DNA of 64,000 bases. It comes from Microbotryum violaceum (taxonomy: Eukaryota). The notes beneath the pieces were generated by a model, which was not told the DNA's origin, searched no databases, and saw only the letters and a list, made by a program, of their open reading frames with translations. The position numbers and the translations under genes are program-made. Where the stretch lies: assembly GCA_001244265.2 (NCBI GenBank), contig LN717261.1:1937591-2001590 (forward strand), read 5' to 3'. Below are positions 11,500 through 21,978 of the stretch, one piece after another. Every line of letters starts with the position of its first letter. The stretch's first letter is position 1.

Positions 11500-13790
11500 G
11501 CACGCGAATCCTGAGGGGCACGAAGTTTAGGCGCCCGTGCCACTGCATTTGCCGGAGGACCTGTCCCTCCAAGCGCGAGCCTCGACGGTGCAGACAAGCG
11601 CACACAGATCACCTTCACGGGGGATGGTGTGTGCAAATCGCCCGGGGTGCCCATGGACAGTCACGGGGAGTGGCTTCGGAGATCCTTCGGCGCACTTGCG
11701 ACCGGTTAAAAGCCCCTCTCGGACATCCGCATAAAATCGACTGTAATCGGGCAGGTCAAGAAAGTTCTCCCAAGCGGTTCGCCCCCTGTGCATTTTCCCA
11801 ATGACTGCAAACACGCTTGTCAGCCCAATCATCAGATCCTGGAGCCTACAAAAGCAAAAATGTAAATTACTACTTACACCTTGGGGATGATTAACTGGTG
11901 GTGGATGAAGACCACCTGCGGCTTCGCCGTTAGGTTTGGCATGTTGACTTCGATCGCTGGCCGGGCCGGGTGAGGATGAGAAAAGGGAAGGAGTCAGGTT
12001 TCTGCAACGGATTCGATACAAGAGATACCACGGCTTACATTGACCGTTCCCCAAGTTCCACGCCGTTGCCGCATGTTCAGACAACAAGCATCGCAACTTG
12101 GACTCCATGCCCTGAGTCGCAAGCGCCTCGGACGTCACGAGCTCGAGGCCGATCTCACGGATCAAATGCTGCGGCTGCTGTCTTTCCGGAGGCAAGTGCT
12201 CGCGACTGAACGCACAAACGTGGCTCAACCACTCCAACATTCGTTTCACCTTCCCTTGCCTCACAATCATCGGTCGACACTTCTCTAGTTCGGTCAAATT
12301 AGCTTTAGCGCCGCAAAACAATACGCACACATGCACTGTCGGCTAATTGCTCGACTGACATCGGAAGAATGTCCGTGAACGCGGCAGTATTCTGACTGAA
12401 AATTAAGGTATTTCCCGAGTACACTTTTGCTGCGCCTTTAGGTCGCCAAACTTTGTAATCTTGTAGACGAATCTATAAGCGCGGGCCCGGGCAGTGACCA
12501 ACACGCCTCACGGCTTCGCCGAACCACTCAAGCTTCGCAGGCTGAGCGGTCCTCGCCCTATACTCCTGCGTCCGCCCGACTCCAAGCTGAGATCCGTGCC
12601 GAATGGAATCAGTACTTCACAGATGCCAATTTTCGAGTTTTCTGCTGCTTGGTTTGCTCTGAGAGGGTCTTCGGGCACGAGGCACAGTGGGTTGCGAAGA
12701 GCGTTCTCAAGTGCAGAGATCGCGGCATCCTGGAGGTGCTCACAGATATTCATTTGCGCTCTGACTTGCGGCCTACAACGTATGATTTCGAGGAATGGCG
12801 TGCTGCAATCATTGATCCGCGTGGTCTACATCGGCGGAACGACCTAGAGGGCTAGCCCATCTACTTCGCCACGGATGAGTCCTCCGTCCAGTGTTCGGTT
12901 TGCCCCGGCTGTTATCAAAGTCTCTTCACCTGTAAGGGCTGCGCCTACTAAGCGCGCTCGTTCATTGAGTAGTCGTCTTTACCGGGCCGTCGATCATCTG
13001 CCTCCGAATGTCAAGGGCTGTTTCTCAGGTGCAAGTCAGCTCGAACTGAGCCGTGTGTCGTCGTCAGCGCGGCTGTCATTGATGGTCGCCGCTCGTCGTC
13101 TGACATCTTTTCTGAGTCGCATTTTCTGTCAATGACATTTCCTCTCGTTCACAAATCTCCTTGCTCAGTTCTGCTTGACACGACTCTAATGTTTAGTGCC
13201 GGTAGACCGTGTGGCGGGGTACGCAATGCCGTCTGGGGACCAGAATGTCATTGGCTGTGCTTCGCTTGAAGATGTAGCCGCTCTCACATGCTGGACAACT
13301 CTCAGTGCCCGAAGACAATATATTACGCAAAAACAGTTCTCTAGCCCTTGATCGCCGAAGAGAGTAGCCTTGCAAGTTGTGAGTCTGACAAAGAATCTGC
13401 AGTTGTTCCAAACGAAGTTTGACGTTGGACAAGACGAGCTGTCGCAATGAGCACCTGATCACTAGATCGTCGTCAAGCGAATGTGAGGCAACAATTCTGT
13501 TCGGTCCATGATAAGTGTACTGTACTTGTTCGCCATGTTGGCAAGAGCGACTGCCTCTTGTCAAGCCAAGCTCCGAGATGCTGTCTAATGACTCGGCGTC
13601 GGGAGGCACGACTAAGACACGTAAACTGGGAGAGATCGACATCGCCGCAGGGTGGGTGGACATAAATGCCACTTGATAGGAATGACTAGTGTGTCGGACC
13701 GACTGAGCACCGTTCGTGACTGATGAACTACTCCACGGTCGAGGAGGGCTGTACCATGAGCTACTGAGATGTTGATGTTCGCACACAGCT
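11500..13790 (-). mobile_element. Degenerate Helitron-type fragment with a DUF6570-like segment
   Basis: Minus strand ~12470-12220 reads QQKCTRGNTLIFSQ..ILP..CVLFCG..PMIVRQGKVKRMLEWL across frameshifts, matching the GN.I.FPQ..LP..V.F.G..VR..V..L.WL pattern. Cys/His-rich ORF upstream at 13193-13786. Confidence 0.55.
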
Positions 13791-13859
13791 ATCAGACGAG
13801 GCCGAAACGCACGCCTAGTACAAGACTTGGCACTCCGTGCTATTCGCCGCCGTTCCGCG

Positions 13860-15055
13860 AGGACCCCCGAAAGCCCAGCCAGAGGCGGCCCGCAAATTTG
13901 GACATTCTGGGGACCGGAAAATCGGCTAGGCAGCCCGCAAATTTGGACATTTTTGGCTCAAAAGGGGTCGAGGCTCACCCCATTTTTGGACATTTTCCTC
14001 CCTCCGGTCGAACTTTGAAGCGCAGACCAGGGTAGCGGGAGGCGCAGGGCCGCAGGGCATAGCCGGGCCCAGCTGCGCGGCGCGGTGAACAGTCGCGCTG
14101 TTTGCGTTTGGAGCGCGTTAGTGTCTGTATTTGCTGTAAGGTATGTGCCTCTGATGTACAACGATAGGCTAAAAGCAAGTTGTAACTAGAACTACTCAGA
14201 GGCTACTTATTGGGCTGTTCCTGTAAGACATTTGCGATCGTTTATCGTTTTTTGATCGTCTCTCGCTCGGAACGCCGACTTGTCGAGCTACGTCTCCTCT
14301 TCTTCCTTTCGATCTGGAAGCTCTCTCGCCGAGAAATATCTTTTTTTCCTAGTCGTATCTTTCTTTTCCTAGTCGGTCAAAGATTCCCAGGGTTCGCCGC
14401 CGCCGATACACGTCGGATTCTTTGGAACCGATCACCCGATCGCGCGATCACCGAAATGGCATTCGAAGAGCTTTGGGCATCAATTCAGGAGTGCAAGGCT
14501 GGCCTTGTGTCTCTGTAAAACACCTAAGGGGGATTTGGTGGGTATGATCGATTCTGATTCAGGGTCAAAGAGTCCTACACTACTGGCCTAGCCAGTGTGC
14601 TTACCTGCATTTCCTCCGACTTTCCCAGATATTTCTAGGCACATACATATTAGGATATGGCGCGCGGCTGAGAACCTTATTTTGGCGTGCATTCTTCCAT
14701 GTAGATGTAAGTTATATTTATTTTGATCCATCAAATGAATGACAAACAAAAATGAGATCCTATTCGAGTTCATTTCATTTTGAAAAGGCTCGTTGGCGGT
14801 CGCGCTGGCACCGCTCTTGGTGCTCGGTGCGCGCGCGCGCAATCTTTCCCGCCCGCGCGAGGAATGCAGTCTGCGCGTAGCGCAGAAACTTTTCTGAGCA
14901 TTGTACAGCTTGTAGAGTAATTTTGAGAAATTATTCAACACTAGGCGGCCCTCTTTTTTGGACATTCTCAGTCAGAATCCGGAAAAAAATTGGACATTTT
15001 GCCTCGAAAAGGCCGGTTTTAGAGGGCCGCCTATGGCTGGGCTTTCGGGGGTCCT
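13860..15055. mobile_element. Complete non-autonomous TIR DNA transposon, 1196 bp, 32-bp TIRs, 8-bp TSD
   Basis: TIR AGGACCCCCGAAAGCCCAGCCA(G/T)AGGCGGCCC at 13860-13891 and inverted at 15024-15055. TSD GTTCCGCG at 13852-13859 and 15056-15063. No transposase ORF inside. Confidence 0.92.
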
Positions 15056-15570
15056 GTTCCGCGCCGGTCTGTGCAGGTCTGTGCCGGCTTTTGCCGGCTG
15101 GCTGTAATGTTGAGACCGTCGTCAATTTCCCAAACTCGCCGCGCCTCGCCAGCCGCCCCCCGGCGTTGAGATCGTCGTCAATTTCCCAAGCCCGCGCCGC
15201 CGAATTTTTCTGGAACAAACCTTCAGCTCTAAAGAGCTTCAGGAATACCAGATCGATGTCACAAAGTCGAAGCTGTTACTCGGAGCACCGCGCAACGACT
15301 GAGGCCGGCCTGCCCTAGGCTCTGTACGAACGCTGATATGTGTGCTGTAGCAATCAAGGGGGTAAGACGATACCTAGCTCCAGCATTAATTGCTGTCAAC
15401 CCTGCAAAGTCGCACTTAGCCGTGACGGATAAGTCAACCTGGCGACTTGACTCAGAGGACTAATTTTTCCGACAAATTAGGTCTCACTTTGGCGTCAGTG
15501 CTACACGCGGCCATCTGCGGGCCCGCTTCGGAAGGTGCTTCCTTTGAGTCGACCACCCAGGCCACCAACG

Positions 15571-18500
15571 ATGGCCCGTGGAAGACGAAAGAAATGGACG
15601 CCAAAGGCTCATGCCCCACCTCCGACATCTGAGCGTGAAGCAAGACTTCAATCGCGGCGGACGCGTCTCCAAGTCCTCGACCTACCCGGTGCCGTTGCGT
15701 CGCCACCGGCGTTCTCAGCTCCTTTCCCCTCGGAGCCAACACACATACATAAATCGAGCTCGAAGCCTCATTGGAAATCGAGCCTCGAAGACGTGTTTGA
15801 AGATGTTGAGCCCGCCGGGTCCTCCCAGCGAGGCTTCTCCGACGACGTTGACGCGACCCATTCACATTCACCGGTCAGACTGCGAAGGGTGCGTACTGCG
15901 TCAGTCACCATCGTTACTTCCACCCCTAATTTTCTGTACTGCTTCTAGTCTACCAATGAAGTGGAACTGTCTCCTGGATCGGAGAAAAAGCTTTACGAGC
16001 CACAGATTCGCCAACGAGTAGACTACAGCTCGGTGAGCAAACGGACATTCCCGTGGTCGCGGCTGCCCGTTCACTGTCCATCGTCAGGGGCCATTCCTGA
16101 ACTGACATGATGGCACATTCCACCCATGGCCCGTTCCACCCAAATCGACCATTTGAGCGCTCTAGTTACAATCGAGGAGGTCAATGACTTCGCTCCAAGG
16201 GGACAATCCGAAGTCTTTGGAACCGCCTGTCCCCGAGTCGCGACCGCGCGGCGAGACGAGCGATTACGGTACCGTTGCAGGTTCTGCTGGGGCCGATCCT
16301 GAGGAACGAGACGACACGTTGGATTATGCTCGAATGGACAGCAAAGTATTCTGCGCGGAACTCGTACAAACCGCACGAGTTCGCGACTCCGAGTCGCCTT
16401 CGTCTCATCAATTCAGCGTCGCGTCATCAATCTGTTCTTCGGAAGAATCGAACACCCATGAATCTGATGACCTCTTGGGTCACGACGACAGTGTTCTGAA
16501 TATGGAAGGTGGGCGAGGCTTCAGTGCGCAACTGCTACAGGCTCACTCAATCGTTGAATCTATCCTCAGAAAGCCCCCTTGGCAAATTTGACCTCGACTT
16601 CGACGATGTGACATCATCCGTGACCGAGCGCCTTTCGCCACGCCCCTTCAAGTCTATTCTGCTGGGTACGTTACAAGCATTTCATTACAAAGGGAGGAGC
16701 ACGTAGCCCATGCTTCCGTCTTGGCCCTAACGAACCTGCGTTTGTTATAGTGCATCGCTGTGAGGTTCCAACCATCTGGCCATCGCCAAGCAAATTTCGG
16801 TCCGCCACATGTGGTGTAACCGCATACGAATATAACGGCGATTTGTTTCTGTCGCTTCCAGATGTATTCACCGGTGCCCGCAATATGTGTCTTTGGAAGT
16901 GCCCACACCCACGTCAGTCAACTGTCTCGCCATTTGCGATCGAGCGAAATACTGACACTAATTCGACATTTGACTGGGTACCCATAGCTGATGATGCCTG
17001 CGGACGCTACTCCCTTGGCGGGTTCTCTGGAACTGGATCACAAAATGTGATTTTTGATACGGATGTATTTCATGCGCTAGAGGCTAGCCCTGCAACCGAT
17101 ACTGAACTCTGCCCAATTCGTTCGACGGGCCAAAGGCCCAACAGCTTCGGATCCTCCACCCCTCTGGATACAGGTACATTTTCACTCCCCTGTTGCTTCT
17201 CTTCTGGCGGTACTTTTCGCAAATTATATTCACACGCTTTGGTCTCATGTGAAACAGATGTTCTTCACCGAAGCTCAACGGAGAGAGGTGCTCGGCGACT
17301 TGTTGTGCACTGTCGATCTACCGCCAATTGGTCACAGCCAAGATCCTGTCGTCCTGCGCGCATCTGCAACCAACCCCAAGCGAGGGGTGTTGCTCACTAC
17401 GACTTGCCCTCCTCAAAGCGAGGTGTTGGAACGGTTGGAACCCGACAGTTGTCCAACCTCGGCGCCTTCCGTTGGATCTACCGCGCCGGCACTGCATGCA
17501 GCTAAGGCGCAAGATGCTCCGGATTACCCTGCGACTCTGCCCTTCTGCATGCGCCTTGATGCTTCAGGTGCCCCCCTCTTCGATCTCTTTCTCTCAGAAT
17601 CGAAGCCCGAGGAAATTTGGAACGCCTACGTTCCCAATGGAACATGGACGACCCCAATTCGCGTCGAGCGTCATGGATCGAACACCAGCCCGATCATTCA
17701 GCCCATCTTCGCTTACAGTAAACAGTCTGGCTCGAGGTACCGCAAACGTCCACACCACAACAAGTACCCTCATATTTCAACAAAGGTCATGACCGTCAAA
17801 CCGAAATGCTTGGGAGCGCATATATGCGCGAATTCTGACTGCCTTGGTATCGACCGACCCAAAGGAACGTCATCAGTCGGGTCGCGTTCCAACACCGTTC
17901 CGGCTGGGGACGGACCCAAACGACACACGCATTCGACTTGTACGGCGCACTCGCTTCGGCGAGAATGTGATATATGCCACGGTCCTTTGATACACAAGAC
18001 ATGCGAAGCGTGCACTCTCGTGGCGCAACTGGACGATTCGGATCTCACGGCAGCCGAGCTTACGGATCCTAAGTGAGTATTGCCCTTTTCGCGGCCTCAA
18101 CAACCCCAAATATAGTCATCTCATGATTACCTTACGCTGCAGCTTCGATAGATCTAAGTTTTGAAACCTGTGGCATGGCGGCAACCATGGTCATCGTCTG
18201 CCACCAGCTAACGCACCCAATTCCGCTGCTGCGCAAGTTTATGCCGCAACCTTACGTTACCGCACAAGCATCCACCCTGCTGTATTGCGCCAGGGGGACG
18301 ATGTGCTTGACCCTCAGTCTCCTACATATCAGCGACCCGCGTTTGAGTGGGATCCACGGTGGGTTTCGCTTGCCAACTTCGAAGAGATATGGACAAATTT
18401 CATGGCCGTCACGATTCTTCACCCGACCTCGATACCGCCGCTCCAGACAGCGCAAACACGACTCCAGTATGGATCGAACTCCAAGGGCTCGTACGAATTC

Positions 18501-18730
18501 AGCCACATTACCTGGCCTACCAAACGGCGGACAAGAAGGGCGATCTATTGTCGCTCGGTATCCAAACTCCCGAGATGCGTGCCTGGGCTGTCGATGACCA
18601 AAGTTTCGCTCAGGAAATGGGACGTGGCGGCATTCCCACCGACGCCCACAACTCGTTTTTTACTGATGGCCTCATATTGATCACTTCGGTCGTGCTACAT
18701 CCGCTTCTGGAGCGGCGGGTTCCCACCGAC
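15571..18730 (+). mobile_element. Degenerate GCM-like Zn-domain protein / Mutator-type fungal transposase, 3'-truncated by a Helitron fragment
   Basis: KCLGAHICANSDCLGIDRP...ECDICHGPLIHKTC...WHGGNHGHRLPP resembles the GCM/WRKY-like Cys/His spacing. It is followed by IQTPEMR..TDAHNSFF..LITSVV..LLERRVP, resembling the first catalytic-D region of fungal MULE-like transposases. Confidence 0.55.
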
Positions 18731-18759
18731 ACTCAACTGGGACCCGACGGCGCAGACAG

Positions 18760-19815
18760 TCGCATACGAAGATCTACTTTGGCCAAGCTCGATTCTACGT
18801 TGCGTACCGGCAATCGCTTTGTGAGGGAATTTGCATCGGCCAAAGCTCGCGCAGGTTAGCCCAAAGAGTGGGTCCTGCGCCTCTGCCTACCAGCTGGCCG
18901 AGACCGACGTACCCACAACCTTCCTATGTCGAGCACCGAAATGGCGATGCTTATCTGCGATTCCGACACCAACACGGGAGATCGTGGACGTCAAGACCTT
19001 ATTCTCCAGGTGCACGGTGATCGATGTCCCGATGGTCGGCCCAAGTACCAAATCGTTAGCTCGCTCCATCCGTCTGCGATGCCTCTCCGTTACCCACTAC
19101 TCTTCCCCGCAGAGGAAGATAGCTTCCACCTCAACATTCCTCTTTGCGCGTTCAACCAAATTGGGCCACTCTTTGCCAAAAGACCGCGACGAGGAGGAAG
19201 GGGACGCAGAGAATGGTGATGGTGAACGTAAGCCCTTTCGGCTCTTTCTCGGATGTTTCATTCTGTTAAGGCGCACGCACAGACTGACATTGAGCGTTTG
19301 AACACCTAGAACGAAGCTCAAATAAAGGGGATCGAGGTGACGAGTCTCGCGTTCACACTTATTAGCGTACGACTTGCACAAACGCGACGAGTACTTCTCA
19401 ATCCCGCATTGCACCCAACGTGCCTTCCTGGCGTCGTAATGACGGATACTCCCAGGTCGAGACCGATCGACTCAACTTACCTCCAGTTTGATCAAGAAAA
19501 CCTCCGCCTTACCACGGGCCAAGGCATCATCAGCTTGACCCCGGATCAAGTTGGATGTTCGGTGATTTTGGGCTCAACGTTCAAGAATAGACCGCGCGAG
19601 AGCACGCAGCGTTAACAAGATGATATGACGCGTGCGTCGTAAAATATGGAAAGCCTTCGTTGTTCATCACGGTGACGTGCCACCCGAATGGCCTGAAATC
19701 AAGGCTGCACTGGGGCCGAACGACCAAGCAAGCAACCGACCGGAACTCATTGCACGAGCGTTTGAATCCAAGTTGAACCGACTCTGCGACGACAACGTTT
19801 TTGGCAACAAGCAAC
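18760..19815 (+). mobile_element. Helitron Rep (Helitron_like_N) fragments, pseudogenised
   Basis: LRTGNRFVREF, HPSAMPLRYPLLFP, VILGSTF..PR..QD, YGKPSLFITVTCHPEWPEI..L.PNDQASNRPELIARAFESKL, with stops and frameshifts. Confidence 0.9.
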
Positions 19816-21002
19816 GGGCAGGCTGTTTGTGAATGGAGAACTGTTTCTTTGCTGTACTTCGTAGTGTGTTTATTCAACCTCTGTTGAAATCATTTAGACT
19901 GATCAATCCTCCTGCTATTTGAATTTCACCCTCCGTTAATTTAACGGGTTCCCACTGGTTTTGTCAAAGTTTTGTACCCTATTTTGGCCCCAAAATGTCA
20001 AAATTTCGCATGCGCCTCGGAAATATTATTAAAATGTGTTCTACATGCTCCAAACATCGCTCAAAAGTCCTCGAAAACGCGTTCCAAGCGTTTGCGGGCG
20101 CGCGGCGGCCTATCGAAAGTGGCTTGCGGCGCGCGTCGCTTCGGCTGGTGTTGCGCGTGGCTCCACGCTTCAAACAAGCCTTCCTTGCTTTGCTGGCTGG
20201 CTCGCTGCTTCGTTTTCAGACTTCCTTTTTGCTGAAGCTAAGCTCCTTGTTTCCGCGATGGCATTTGTGCGGCTTGTAGATGTTCTGCCGGCGGCATCTC
20301 GCAGGCCGTGCACTGCACGCTCCGAAGGGCGGCAAACCTTTGCTCGGCATGTGCGCTCGTGCTGATTAGGCGCTCGTCCGGGTAAGATGAGGTAAAGTCC
20401 GTGGTTGAACGATATGTAGTCGTTGACGGGCCTAATGACTCGATGACCTGTCGACCATCAATCATGCGGAACGGCATAGTGCCATCAATGAGGTGTGTGG
20501 AATAGCATGTTTTCTTGATGAGGCGAAGCTCCTGTACGACGACATTTGAGAGTAGAACCAACGAGGCAAGCGTGTCTTGGTTGCAGTGGTTTGTTGTCAC
20601 TTTGCTGTAGATGTGTCGCACTGTAGGACACAAGACTTGTGTCAAACGAGAACTTCCTCAACTGCCACTCAAAACAACGTACCAATTCCGATAGACAGCG
20701 CTTCTTCTCCATAAACAGTTTGATCGCAGCTGAGTGAATGCATGCCACACTTGAGGCCAAAGCAGATCAGAGATCCGATCTTCGATGTTGTGGTAGTGGT
20801 TACAGCTCCGCCGTCAAGCGCTCCAAAATGAGGATAGCGTTGTGCAAGTGCTCCGTTTGCTTGTTTCTCCAAACATTAGATCCAGTTGCCTTCGCTCCTA
20901 AATTCAGCGACAACTCGCTTGAATGCGGCCATCCTCAGTATAGACATTCTTCTGGATCCTCGTGTGTTGTGAGCGCTCGGTCCATCTGGTCACCTCCAGT
21001 CC

Positions 21003-21651
21003 AGCGAAAGCTCCTTGTCGTGCCCGCCATGTCTTCGCAGCGATGTGGTCCCATGGACTGTACCAACCCTTTCTAGACGCATGAATGTGCTGCACTGCGT
21101 CCTTCCTCTGTATTGCTAACCCCTACTACGCCTGCCTCTCCCCGAGTTGGGTCGCTCGATTCCATCGGCCTCCCTCGAGTAGAACAGCTTGAGGTGGCCA
21201 CACTTTTGAGCAGCTTGATGGGCAATCAGGTTGGCCAGTTCAGCGAGAAATTGGTATCACGAGCATCGATAACTTGAGGCGCAGTTGAAGTTTCAAGTGT
21301 GTGGGCTGTGTAGAACCGAACACGCGTGAGCTTAGACCGAAATTTCGATAGTTGAGCTTGGTAGACGCACGATTGGTCGGGAGAAGCTGTTTGCCTTCTC
21401 AACGGCATCGAGTAGATGATAAGGTCGAGTAGTGGGTGAGCTCGTCTTTGGACAACTCGATGTGAAGAGACGCGTCGGCGGGAGCGACATCGAAGGCGAG
21501 GAGCTCGGCGATCGTCATGTTCATGTTGGTGAGTGGCAATGATCAATCGAAAGCATCGTTCAAGGCCTGCATGGGATGATGTTGTCGTGCTATGCTCCAA
21601 TCTCGGACCGAAGTGAAGCGGAACGGAACCTGCGCCCTTTCAATATCTAAT
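21003..21651 (-). repeat. Dispersed repeat, near-identical inverted copy of 63347-64000
   Basis: Reverse complement matches throughout, with a few substitutions and a 5-bp indel; the ORF track shows duplicated peptides (MEHSTTTSSHAG..., MLQSRTEVKRNG...). Confidence 0.92.
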
Positions 21652-21776
21652 CGGCCTAATCCCTCACAGCCACTTAACTCAAGTGATTACCGAAGATGGC
21701 TAGTACTAAGTGACTCGTTCAAGCGCGAGCATCGCGAAACGCGTCTCGAAGCGAAGGCAAACGGGCCCAATGTCAT

Positions 21777-21978
21777 GCCGTAGGCTGCTCAGGGTAGGCC
21801 AAAATTGGGCCAACTCACGGGAAAATGTCAAAATCTGGACATGCGCCTCGGGGGCGAAACGTGTGTTTCGTCCCAAAATGTCAATTTTTTGCAATGCGCC
21901 TCGGAGATTTTCAGGATTTTGGGTCCTCAAAATGTCAAAAAAAAAAAATGCGCCTCCGGCTGGGCTTTCGGGGGTCCT
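21777..21978 (-). mobile_element. Right-hand terminal region of an AGGACCCCCGAAAGCCCAGCC-type TIR transposon
   Basis: Ends in GGCTGGGCTTTCGGGGGTCCT (21978), the same terminal 21-mer as element 13860-15055; inverted partner of 9588-9779. Confidence 0.8.

Noticed and set aside
14520-14639. Assignment of the module to hammerhead, twister, pistol or HDV ribozymes
   Set aside because: Core consensus nucleotides could not be placed on either strand; left unassigned.
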